Source: Marsupella aquatica (taxonomy: Eukaryota > Plantae > Marchantiophyta). From it: a stretch of 64,000 bases of DNA. The stretch spans positions 4,062,211 through 4,126,210 of the forward strand of contig OZ316897.1 in the NCBI GenBank assembly GCA_973895155.1, written 5' to 3'. Both the position numbers and the translations under genes were made by a program. Below are positions 10,331 to 23,093 of the stretch, piece by piece; within the stretch, counting starts at the first letter, position 1, and the number at the start of each line of letters is the position of its first letter. Under the pieces are notes generated by a model. It had not been told where the DNA came from. It was given only the letters and a program-made list of their open reading frames with translations, and ran no database searches.

Positions 10331-12736
10331 AAGAAGTAGAGGTGTTTTAATATGGGGCGGCCCGTCCCAGCAAATCCCTTTCGTTTTCTTTGAGGGCCCA
10401 TCAAATTTATTTTTTCCCTCCAAAGCCCATCAAACTTTTCGTGGGACAATTGGCGAGACGGAATAAGATTTCGCAAATCTTTTGTTTCGCAATCTTCGAA
10501 GGTAGTGCCCGCAACTCCGGATGACCACGAGTTCTAGATTAGCATGGTAAACGGTTCTCCAGTTCTGCCCGCGTGGCGTCGCGTTGGCGCGACTCTCCTT
10601 CTGGCCAGCGGATAACTGCGGATTATCTTTCCAACCGCGTAGGTTAGTAAATTTAGCACTGCCCCCTTTGACCTACTGTACAGTAGACCGTACCATTTGT
10701 CCTATCGGCCCGATGACAACACTTCCGTCCGATGCGATCTCTGCCGTCTATCCGTCCCTTGGATGGCCGGTGTCGTAGATGCTGAGCGACTGTGGAGATG
10801 GTGCCTACTGGACTGTAACAGTCGGTGCACGCCTCGTACGCCTCCACTGCCCACCGCGCCCGCCCTCTCGTTGTTCGCTCTCCGCGTGTGGGTGGTCGAT
10901 GTCGTCTTTCTCGAGGTCCCCTTCTGCTCCTCTACATAACCTCGACAGGTTGGGAAAAGCTCGCTTCAGCTGAGAGCGAAGAGCATCATCGATTCGGAGC
11001 TGAGAGAGAAGAGCATCATCGTTTCGGAGTGGAGAAGCGTCGTCCATGGTCGCGGCTGTGCATCCTAAAAAACGACGCAAGCAAAAATGAAGAGGCGGAA
11101 ACGGATTTTCGTTATCGATCGAGTGGCGAATCATCATGTCCAGTGACTTCAGGGAGTGATGAATGAATGAAGTGCACGGCAACATGTAGAATCTCGTCGC
11201 GTATGTATCGTTAAGAACGACACGAGCCTGGAGCGGTAGCGGTGGATGGTTGTTTTCGGTCGAGCGGTGGTGGAGCGATCATCATTGAGCATTCGGGGGG
11301 GCAGCCCATTGGTAAGTGAATGAGAAAGCGGAGGAACAGTCTGGTGTCACATGTGCATCGAAAGGAAAAACAAAAGCATCAAGCGGAGGAGGATAAGGAT
11401 TGTTGTTCTCGGTCGAGTGGTGGTGGAGGTTGAGCGATCATCATCGACCAATGGTGGCGCTGGAGCTGAAATAAGTTTTGCGCGGTACATCAATAGGGGT
11501 GGTTATGGTCAGGGCCGGGTAGAGCATACAGCATACGACGAGAAACGGTGTTACTGCAGTGTCTACAGATGCGGATGCAGATGTCACCATCGTGGAGAGG
11601 AGAAAGATTGATGAGAAGAAGGGGGCGCAGGGCGTGGGGAGATAGAGAGCATGGTGGATTTGTGGTCGCTATGGTAAATCTGCTTCTGGATGACGACCAA
11701 CAACTAGGGCGTTTCTGCTTGCGACATTGAGTTGGTCGGTCTATTGCATACGGAGTGGTGATGCCTGAGACGCTGTCCCAAGGCTCGCTGTGGCGATCTG
11801 CTGGGTTGCATCCCGACGCGCGTGTACGTGCATGCAATTCTCGTATCTCATTCGCAGTGGAGTCCGATCCGCATTGTGTCTGTTGTTCGTCTTTCCTCTC
11901 TCTATTCCCTTTCGGCTCTCAGCAGGTCGTAGCACTCTCTCCCATTTGAGCTCTCGGCGGGCCTTGCTCGCTTCTCTGGACTGTCGAACTCTTTGATTCG
12001 CTCTCCTCTATCTGTGGGATCTTCCTTTCTTCTCTCCTTTTCTTCGTCCTCTGCTTCGTCTCATTTTTCTGCCCTCATTTTGTCTTCTCTCCGACTGGCT
12101 ATCGAACGAACGATTTCCTCTGTTTCAATCTTGCGCAAGCACTGCGGGCAAACCGGTTGCGTCCATCTATTATCGGTGTCTGAATCTCCATCTCCATCTG
12201 CATCTCCATCCACAGACTCCTCAAGCGTTTCCGTTCTCCTATCGTCATCGTCTGCAGCATCGTGTATTCTCTGCACAAGATTATGCCAGCATAGGAATGC
12301 ACCGGAGTGAGGTTTATTTCTCGGATTTGTAGTATTTGAAGGATCATACTGAAGACGGAGATTTTGATGATTTATGATCAGCATCCAGTATTGAAGTTCT
12401 CTTCTGGAGAGAGCAGACTGCCAGTAAGGAGCAGGTTGGACGTGTTTAAACGAGAAGACTGCAAGTCTTTTACTGAGCGGACTGAAAGTACTGAGAGTCA
12501 CCTCCTAAGGTCGAGCAGGAAGCATGCATCGAGAAAAGGAAAGTGAGGGGTATTTTTCAGGTCCTCGGGGTTGCAGGGGAGGAGGTGTCCGAGGAAATTC
12601 TCGGTGGTTCAAGACGTGTTATGTGGATCCGACAAGGGAGGGCTTAGTTACTCCATAATTGAAGGAATTGTTCCGTTGAGCAGAAACAGAAGGGACAGGG
12701 TGTGGGCTGAGCTTGGGGTTCATTTAGCATGACCAG

Positions 12737-15700
12737 ATGGAGGGAAGCCGGCCGGCGGATCAGCGCTTCCGTCACGGTACTAGTACTATGATGCAGAGGT
12801 TTAAGTATGATGAGCAGCTGTTCTCCGGGAGCTCTGCGGCAGGAGTTGAGGAAATGTCGTCGACGGAGGAGGAGAATTCGGCATTAGCAACCAAAGTAGC
12901 GCAAGAAGAGATGGATCAAATATTGTCACCAACATCGCCTGGGACGGAGACCGTGGACAAGCAATCATTCCTCCCCCGTGGCAAGCGGAAAACGTATGTT
13001 CCTCCTATTCTGAATCGACCTGTGTGGCTTCGTTGTCTTCTGGCATGGTTGAAATTTAGGGTTTGCCGCAGTGAAGTTCAATTCCAGAAAGCCCTAGTGT
13101 GGTATAAGGTTACGGATTCCGACAAGGTTATCATTCGTGGAGTCTCCCGTAAAGTTGATGGCCTCAAGTCGATATCCAAGTCTATAAGCCGATGTTGGCC
13201 GCCAACGTCGCCGTCAGTTTTTGCATTCATGTCTTTAATCACCTGTGTGGGGCCATCGACTCCTACAAATATGATGGGGGTCTTTTTCCTCAGTGAATCT
13301 CCTTGGTGAATAACCATGTCGCTGTCCTCGTGAAACATTATTCCGTAATTTGATCTGGCTACCTGCTGTCCATTAACAAAACCTCTGGTTTCCTATCAAC
13401 TTATAGGTAGCATTTAAAAGTGAGCAACGCTATCCGATTGTCTGTTTCGTTTGTACGCTCGCATGAGAATTTTGAATCTTCGAGAAGTCTACTCCCTCCA
13501 TTCTTGTAAATGAAGGTGGTCATTCGATGATGGTGAAGGGGTTAGAGCCACAATCCGTCTAGTGCTGACTCAAATGTTTTCAGTTTGTGCAGTATGTTAA
13601 TATATTGCTATCGTACCTTGCCAGCCGTTGAGTTATTGTTGAATTGTATTGCTCGATAAACCTTAACGATAGACTTTCCGATCCACACAAACGGACGTTT
13701 GGATTTTGAGCCGCATAGTATGGGACATCTTTTTTGAGTCTCAACGCTTTAATCTCTCTTCATCGTCATTTGGTCGTGATCTGGTCGGGATCTCTGGCGC
13801 CTTCACTATCTCCTGCGAAGTAAAAGTTGATATTCTGCTCTTCGCTTTGGTATATCCACATGTGCACTAGTTCGTCCTTAGCTCAACAAATCTGTGTTGC
13901 AAGACTATTCTGTTACGGACGTTTCCGTCACCAGATTATGCGGAGAAGGTAAATTATCTCTCTCCGATCTTATCCCTTGTCTGGGAAAAGCATTTTTGAA
14001 ATTTTAATCTCCGGACGATCATCAATGGCAATAATTATGTGGTCTTATGGAGCCACACTCTTAATGCAGCCAAGTCGACTGTTTATCATTCCGTAACCGC
14101 TGAGAGATGTCCTCTGTTGAGGAAGTCGTTGATTAGTTTCAGTGATAAGCTACGGATTGATTTCGGGTCGACGTGACCAAATGTGTTCGCTGATATGGAC
14201 CGTATTTTACGCTTGCGCGAAGGGCTTTGTGTTACGAGGCATGGATCCCAATAACGTACTTGTGGTTTGCTCTTTCCAGTCTTCTTTGGCCATACCCGCA
14301 GTTGAATGCAATACTAATACCACACGCTGGTACCTTGCAGATTGGATGCCTTGGCGGCAGTCTTTGCATCGGACACTGCTTCTTTGAATATTAAGCGGCA
14401 TCGAGAGTTCTTTCGGCCTTCAAGCAATTCTTCAATTCGCGTGGGGCTTAAGGGCACGTCTCACTGCAGGAAGGGAGGAAGTGATGATTTTGTGCAGACT
14501 GGGGAAACGCGAAGAACGAAGCATTTCAGCCGTAGTCTGCAGTCCAGTGCTCCCTCTTGTTCTGTTTCTCCGCCGAGTCTTACCACGGAACAAAATAAAG
14601 CAATTACAGGTAGAAACACTCTTTCGGTAGCCCACCAGGCCACCAGTGCCCAGGGTAGCGGCTTGGCGAACCAAAGTACTGTGACCACCTCATCAACTAA
14701 AGAGGAGGAAGACAACTCTTCGTTGCATAGTTTCGTGCAAACGTCGAAAGTAGGTAGAAAAGCAGATGACACAGTAAATCTAATGGGCACTATACAGACT
14801 TTAGGGTTTGGAAGTATCGGTAGTAGACAAACGGGTACCCAGGATAACCATGACAAGGCGGCGAAGCATTCGCATCTAAAGAATCTATCACAGCGAAACA
14901 GGAGGAAATTTGGAATGCGTGGCCGCCAGCCGAAGGCTGAACTCTTGACTCCGATCTCGAATATTTTCGCTAATTTAACAGCTCATGATGCGGACGTCGG
15001 CAGGGTTTCGGGATCCATAGTACGGGAGGTTAGTTACGGAGAGAGGAGTGGCAAAACGGAGACTACTTGTGTACTGAATTCTGGATGTAGCAGTGTCAAC
15101 GCTGGAAGGCGGGAGAGTGCTAGACGATCCACTGATTACGGCTGTTCCATACGTCAATGTGACGATTCTAGTGAGCTCGTGCATAGCAGCTGTAGTCGGG
15201 AGCTTCACAGTATCGTTATGGGTGCGGGTCCGGGTCGATCTAGCTATTCGAATTCGATATCTTCAGGACTTGTTACTCCTTACCAACCTTATCGACCGAT
15301 GCCGACTTCACGCATGACGGGATCAGACGTGTCTATTTCTGAACGGAATTCTGGCACTGTTGATGAGATTCTGGCTACCAAGGGCATCTCTGCCTCCAAC
15401 AAGTACAAAAGCAAGAATTCCGAGGTAACTCCTGAGAGCTCACACGCACCGTCACGTGCGGAGTCCAGTAGTGCCTCAGAGCAGGAGACGGGAAATTCTT
15501 CTTCCCCAACCATGGAGTGTAAGTTTTCTGGCGGTGACGCCGACCCTCACGTTGATGGCGGTCGGGAGCTAGCTCCTACGTTTGTGCTGTCTTCAGGTCG
15601 AATGAGCAAAGACGAAGGTATTACCTCCGCAAATCTTTCTTGACCGCTTGAAAGTCTTTGTGTAGGTAGCAACGTTTGGATTTAAGATGCGAATTTGCGT

Positions 15701-16301
15701 TCTCGATGGCATTCCAATGCTGCTTACATTGAGAAATGACTGGACTGAACTAGGGAGGTATTTGTCTTCGCTAGTGTTATCTAAAATGACTTCAGACCTT
15801 ACTCCCTGACTTGCGCATGGAAAACTTGAAGAAACTTATTGTGTAGACAAGAAAGATGGTACACCGCTTCTACTTATTCTCGATCATAGGCTTCACAGAG
15901 AATTAGAGCAATGACCGGCAAAGCATAAGTCTGCAACAGAGATATGAGGCGTTCATTAACCAAAGGTATCTGCTTTGCAAGGTCTGATGTGTCCGGCCTG
16001 TGTGGACATGGAATGTAGGTCCGACAGGTAAAGGAAGCTAGTTCTTATTTGATTCTGAATTAACCAGTCTGGGAATAAGCAATAAAAGTTTGTGATGATA
16101 CTGAAGAATGAGGTTGTGGCATTTAGTAATCTCAACGACAATGGCTCTGTATGGGGTTTATCTTAAGCCATGAAAGTGAGGGAAGTTCGGTCCTGACTAA
16201 GTTTTTATGATCTGTTTGGGTATGCAGCAAAGACACTTGGGTTGAGACCATCGACAATCGATGATGATTTTGATGAGTATTTTGCACAGCTCATGCTCTA
16301 G
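12737..16301 (+). CDS. Uncharacterised Ser-rich plant protein, join(12737..12993,14341..15617,16228..16301), 535 aa
   Basis: Canonical GT-AG introns with matching phases (2 and 1); branch-like actaat before 14341; 1608 nt total, stop-free. The C-terminus APTFVLSSGR...RPSTIDDDFDEYFAQLML* matches the land-plant motif FVLSSGR...PTIDQEFEQYFSMLML that I recall from an uncharacterised family. CT-rich 5' leader from ~11950. Confidence 0.85.
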
Positions 16302-18520
16302 CTGCAAAGCTTCGTGCGTGTCAGTGTGAGTTTCCAAATTTTGCCGGAGAATGATGCTGTAGTATTTTCTTTACTAAAGTAAGCGTAAAGTTTTCCAGGT
16401 TTCTGAGTTTGTATATAGCACAAAAATGTGGATGTAGTCCAGTCCCCGTTTTATTTGACGCGGATGAGGTTAAAGTAGGTAGACTTGCAGAGGTGTTTTC
16501 GAATTAGTCGCAGAGAGAGAGATTAGTCAACTAGTGATAGACCGAATTTCAGGAAGTGCTGCACGCATGTAGCTCATTCCGGTTTTTTTGGACACATGGA
16601 TAAAGTGATCCACCTGCTAAGAGTTAGAATATGCAGGTCGTGAGTTGAGGGTCCCGTGATGGGTTTAGGGGCTCCTTCAAGGAATAGTCGATTAGGCACA
16701 AGGAGATGGATCATCAAAGGCGGGGATTGTGTTGCCTGTCCAAATGAGAGAGTTCGCTTTTTGTATAAATGGGACTCGAAATTGTGAAACGTAGTGAGTG
16801 GCTTTGGAATGCATACTAGTTCCATTTAAGAAGTGGGATTTTTTTTTGGCTTTCTTCTGGGAACTTTAAACATCTTGGACTTGTAAATGAAGTGTGTAGG
16901 TCACTCAGAGTAAGCTCTTCCTCTTCTAACATCAACTGATCATCGCTTGTATCATTATGCTATGGACTTTTACATTGCGGTTCCATACTGATGTCTTTCC
17001 TTGGCAGCGTGACTGTGTTCCGTGGGTAACAGTTTTCTTGAACGGATGCAAAGGAAAACGTCAGGACCGAGACGAGTCTTGTCTTCTGTTCGAGAGGTCT
17101 TGTTGGTCTGTTATTTTCTTCTCCTTGTTTCCGGTTTTGAGAACCGACGGAGGAATGTTGTTTGTATTATTTTGCATCGCCCTTAGGCATTGTGTACAGA
17201 AAATGTCGTATTATATCCTCCTCTCATGCAACATAGACGCATGGAATGTGAAGGAGTTTGTACAGAAGCAAGACAAAGTACGGGCAACGACATCCGAACC
17301 TCCTGGAAGTAGTCTCTAAATATCTTTCCTTACCTGCATGGATTGAGAAAAATTGTTTAGTTGATATTTATAGATATTTATATAAATATGAGGCCAGCCC
17401 TTCGGTCGGCTTCTAATCCATGGGCATGAATTTATGAGAAACATGGATGACCTACATCACCAATACACCATAGATGGATGTCTGTAGTGTATCACTTGTC
17501 TTTGTGTTTCAGAAATACATATGCTTCTCAGTGTGCAAGTTTTGAAATCCAGATGCTGTGCAGCTGTCAATGTGAAGAGGGACTGAACTTGGACTCACAG
17601 TTTGAAGCTAGAATCAACTAGTAAAGAGAAGTTAGAGAAGGGCACTTGGAGATTGTTCACGGTCAGAGGGTGCTTACCATGTTGTGAAGAATAGATGCCT
17701 AGCTTCTCCGACAAGGTCGGATTTCGTTGACACAAGCACTGCCTGTGTTTCAATTGTAGTCCCAAGTCTGCAACCGACAAGGCTTTCTGTCAAAACACGG
17801 GAAAGCTCTGGACACAGATCGACGTCAACAACCATTATTTGTTACCTACGTTTCTAGTGCTGGACATCACCACGTACTTACTCAGATGTGTGCTCAGGTT
17901 CAATTTGAGGTTGATTCCAATTGCCAGTGTTGAGACCGAGATGTGCATATCCCCGAGCTGCTGATAGCTTTATCGATGTTCACAATATTTGTCTATGATC
18001 GATAAGCTTTGAGTTATCTGAAAGGTCCAGTAAAGTCGATCATTCGGTGTTGTCAGAATAAAGCTCAACGGAGGAGGGTTGAAGCTAAGATAAGATGGCA
18101 GTTAGCACAGCACAGTTCGTTCATAGTCAGGAGAGTAGCTCCAGAATATGTCAAACAACCTTTTCTAACGCACAAGCATTCAAGTCAAATGGATTGGACA
18201 GAAGTGGAATTTCATACCGTCAAAGTGGAGTTGAGACTGCAACAAAGTGCTGAACTCTATGCCTTCAATGTAGATTCTTCTAAGAAGGCTGAGGGAAACA
18301 GCTCTGCAATAGCCATCGGTGTTACACGCGACCCATTGTCCAATCTTCGCCGCCATGATTTCCTCCAAATGTGAAAACGAGGCTTAGGAACAGAGGCTTG
18401 CGTTCACCACTGATCCCTCCATGATTGTCTGACTCAATTCCGACTCAAAATTCCCGGACCAACGGCATCTTAGAAAAGGAAACCGTCTGCAGTTCTCGAG
18501 TCATACTATTTCCAGCTGAT

Positions 18521-21500
18521 TCATTCGGAGGAAGCTTTACTCATCGTTACCGTCAACTCTTCACCACCGACACGATGGCTCAGCACAGAGTTGCTGCAGC
18601 CCACAATTGGGACCTCGAAGAGCGCCGCCGCCGCCGCAGCAGCAGGGTCATGAGCTGATCGGAACTCCGACGACACTCGCTTGTAGAGCGCTTTGAGATT
18701 CATTCGATGGTGGGTCTTGGACGGATTGCCGTTATTGTTGCTACTGCTGCTTCTGGTCTGCTGGGGTGACGTCGATGGGGCTATGGCGACAGAACTCGAG
18801 ACCGGAGTCGTGGCCCGAGGCCTTAGAAACGGGAATGTCCTTCTCTTTCGTGCCTTCCCCCCCGTAACCACATCGTCCGCCGACTCCCGTCTCTGCTCGG
18901 CCACGCTGGGTAGCGCCGTCGACGACGCTCGGACGTCGACGGCCGCCGTCGCCGTCAACAGTGGCCCGCCGTTGGAGAACGGGAGGCTTTCTCTTGTTTC
19001 CAAAATCGGGTTTCCCTTTGAATCGAACATGCCTTCGAACCTGTCATCAGTTCAAACAAATCTCCTAAATTTAAATTTTCAGTTGTTTTTGCTTGAAGAG
19101 GGGTAATTTATTCAAAGTGGAAAAACAAATCTTGTGATTTAGATGTCTTTGCTCGAAGAGGGCTTTAACTCGAAGACAACAAATTTTTTGTATTTCCTTT
19201 TTTCGTCTTTGAAGACGGGTTTTGTTCAAAGAGGAAAAATTTACAGCTATACCTTTTCTCAACTTACATGCAAGATATTTACTAATGGAGAAGTATATAT
19301 ATATGCTATTAATTAAGATCAAAATTTTAATCTAACATGATAGTCTATAACAAGAGCTGAATATTATGTTGACCTCCCCTTCCACTAGGACCCAAGCATT
19401 ATGTGGTGGTCAAACACTAGAGTTGGATCTCTTGTGTCAAGACAAAGAATGATATCATCTATAAATTTGATACTATGCGCCAATCTATATTGCCTTGTAC
19501 TTTGACACAATCATAATATCCAGACCCTACAGTAGCTGGTATCGATATAAGTAATCCTCCACAAGTAAGGATGGGTTCATTATGATGTATTTCAGATGAA
19601 TTAGAACACTCACTTCTAGTTGGCTATTCCCATAAAAGCAAAGGGTAGTTGCACTACTTACAATCATCTATACTACCCTTCATGACATATTCCGTAAAGA
19701 TATAGGCTCTAATTTATCAGGTAACAATTTTGTTGATACTTAAACTAGTGTGCTTGTGAGTAGAGACTGGTATGGGGATTCTACGTATGGGGAGCCTTCG
19801 TGTGCATATGTTTGGGTTTCTAGTGTAGTGCGCCTTTTGGTGTTGCAATTTTTAAAATTATCTTCTTCTTATTACATCCATGTAATATACCATACAATAT
19901 TCGAACCCTTGGTTTGCACTTCGAGATAGACTGAACTTCTTGACCATTTTAAATTATTTGTTACGTAATAGATTCCTTAAGCCAAGGGCAAGGCCAGTAC
20001 AAGTTACACCTATCCTATGTGAGTCCAGAACACAAACCTGTCCGAGTCCACGCTTGCCACTCGAACATGCTTGATCTTTGGCCTGTGGTAAGAAACCGAG
20101 GCTGTGGCCGTCGACGCCAAGTCATCAGCTAGGCTACTGCAGCGGTGGTGGTGATGGTGCTGCTGCTCCATGCACAATGGCGACATTGCAGTAGTTTTGT
20201 TGACCTGCTTCATCTTCCTACGCATCGCAACAGAGTCTTCAACCTGGATGCTGCCGTTGCTGTGTTTTCATAACAACCAAGAACTTTACTAACAAAATGC
20301 AAACAACGGCCAAGTACAAGAGTCGAAGGAAATACAGAGATTTGATGCTCAAGTGGCCACCTTATTTGATCTATGAATTCCAGTAGGCCAAGCAGTTTCT
20401 GGACTCTGGCTAGCCCTCAAATGTGACCATTGATGCAAAGAAAGATAGTATTTGTTCAGTGTTTCAAGATGGTAGCCATGCAGGTTTTGGCAATCCATTT
20501 CATAGTGTCAAATGTTGAATGTGGTTGATAGGTTTTCACCGCAGTACTCTTTGAATATTGGGTTTGAGGCACATTGATGCCTTTACTTAATAAGCAAGAA
20601 AAACAAGACAATCCAAGAAGCATTTTTTAATGTAAACATGTGACCATTATACAAAGGAAGGTTGGAAGAAGCTATTATGTGAATAAGATTTCAAGATGGT
20701 CTGTCTGTGTTTGGACACTCCATCCCAATCTATTGTTGTGATATATGGGGATTTCAGTTTCCAAGACACAGAATATTACAAAAAGAAGTGGAATCTCAGA
20801 TGGACACAAACGTTTGATGTGACACTGATGAATGCGTAAAACCTTGCAGACGGACACAAATAAAAATTATTTAAAGTTACTCATATAGCTTGTTCTGACC
20901 TTACTGTTCCATATATAACATGTAAGCATGCATTCGATTTGACTGTACTAAAAAGTTTCAGTTGATTCAGTGTCATTCACCGAAGGAATGGGTTACCTAG
21001 CTTCATTCGATGCATAAATTATTGATATTCTGTCTATGGAGAAAGTTATCACTCAACTAAAGACTTGAGTGTCCTTGATTACCCCTTGCATAGAATACTT
21101 TACACTTTCATATCATGCCACTCTCTGTGCGTCTACATGCAATACTCCTCTGTCCAAGCCCATCTTGAGGGTTGATCCAATTTCCAGACACAACTTTCAG
21201 GTCAAAGTAGAACAAAAAAATGCACTGGAGGATTACACTCATTAACCCATGGCCACTTGGGGGTTGCTGTAACCCCTCAGGGATTAAATCGCTTGAGAAA
21301 CAAGATAAAAATGGGGCGGGCCAACAGAGGCAAATGTTTGTCTATCCTCCACTTGAGAAAGAGAAAACAAAGGGGGCGAAAAATGAAGAATATTCACCTG
21401 CTTGGGTTGTGATCTCGCTCGCACAAGCACGGGCACGCCGTCGCTGCCGTCGCCGTCGCCGTCGTGTTGTCACTGCTACTCTCCCCGAACATGTCTTCGT

Positions 21501-23061
21501 AGTAGTCCACGGAAATGCGTGAATTGATGTCCACCACCGTGGCTGCGATGTGAATCTGCCCTGTCTTCACTCCGTGCAGCCGCAGCCACATGTCGTGCCT
21601 CTTCGCTCCTCGCAGCTGATTCACATCTAAGAAACAACACCCCTGCAAAGAAATGCACGCACACATTCATTGATCCGCCTCCCACATTATCCAAAGAAGA
21701 CTCAAGGTTCTCACGTACAGCGCCCAAAGTTCACTTCGGACGTCGAAGTGCAGTGAAACTTGAGTTCTCCGATCCGATCAGCCTTTACCTTCATCTACGA
21801 GACTGATTACGCTGAGCTCATTTGCGGTGATCAATCTGTTGGAGCCCGGGAACACAGGACGAATGACAGTTTGAGTTCGGTCTCCCATTCTCTCTTGGCC
21901 ACCATTATGCTGCAACGATTTGGGACCAGGCTGGTTTGAGAACCACTCATGTTCTGCGGAGTAGCTGCGAAGTTGAGACAGGCTCGACTCTCGATCAGGT
22001 GTTCATTCAACAGCTATCAATCCACTCTCCCATTACGTGCCTTACCCGTGCAGACAGGGAGATAGTGGGAAGTGTGTGTCGCCGTTGCCAGCAAGATTGA
22101 TACTTACTCTTCGGCACCAAGTCCGAAGAATCAATCATCATGGGTTGAAACCAAGGGTTGAGTAGCTGGAAGCTGGCCCAAATCACCATGATACACAATT
22201 CTGTAAATGGTCTCCTCTCCCTCTGTGTACAGTAGAGTGGGAGAACGACTGACTCTCTTATCATTCTCTCTCTACATGATTGTATCTCTACCCTTCGGCA
22301 CTAGGTCCGAAGGATTACCCAGGTCTTGAAGCACAGCCACGAAACAGGAAAGGAAACAAGCGGATTGTTCTCGACATCCATCTTCTTCCCTCCTCTCCTT
22401 GACTTCGATCGTGCTGACTGTTCTCGGCTATGTGCCAAGCTATGGTCGAAACAAAGACTGTCCATATGTCTCTGCTGTAGCGATTTGTGCAAGTATGCAT
22501 GCCACTGACAGTCTGTTCTCAACTCGTGCTTACATGCCACAAAGCTACATCGCCGCTAAATTTGTTCGGCTCCGTAATCTAAGACGGAAGCCCTTCACAA
22601 TTGGAAAGAGCAGCACAGCTAAACTTAGACTTAGGGTGGCTTCACAGGAAGTTCGGGGCACTTTTCAATTTTAGTTGGTCTCCGGTAATGTGATCAGGGC
22701 CATCCATTAGTGAGATACCATTGCTGTTCACCTGACATTGGGGGCAATTTACTTCCAAACTATTCCCGATCCTACATGGAGTGGAGTGGGGCCCAAATTT
22801 TGATGGAGTGGAGCATATTTGGTCCCAGATTTTAGACCCCCTTTCTTGGAGGTCTTGGCATCGGGCGGCTAGGTCAATTCTCTGTTTCGAGTCTTCTACA
22901 GTAAAAGTAGGCCCACATGCCCCTTGTCATTTGATCTTCCCTTGTCAGGCAAAGGGCCCTGGCCAAAGAACTATAAGGCTTTTAGGGTGAAGTGGGTCCC
23001 CACCTTGTCTCTTAGTAAATAACCCTAGCACCATTTGTTGTATGGCTTTACAAGACATGTG

Positions 23062-23093
<32 letters not shown>

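Noticed and set aside
11741-12546. Overlapping ORFs including 12061-12501 (-) with CPQC
   Set aside because: They lie in the CT-rich promoter/5' leader of the 12737 gene; low complexity and no recognisable domain.
12994-13309. 3' part of the 190-aa ORF 12737-13309 (and the tails of ORFs 14342-15643 and 25853-26839)
   Set aside because: Read-through into introns past strong GT donors.
21398-21480. Apparent frameshift in the C2 gene when spliced to the AG at 20243
   Set aside because: Upstream acceptors at 20259 and 20250 restore the frame; no pseudogenisation needs to be invoked.
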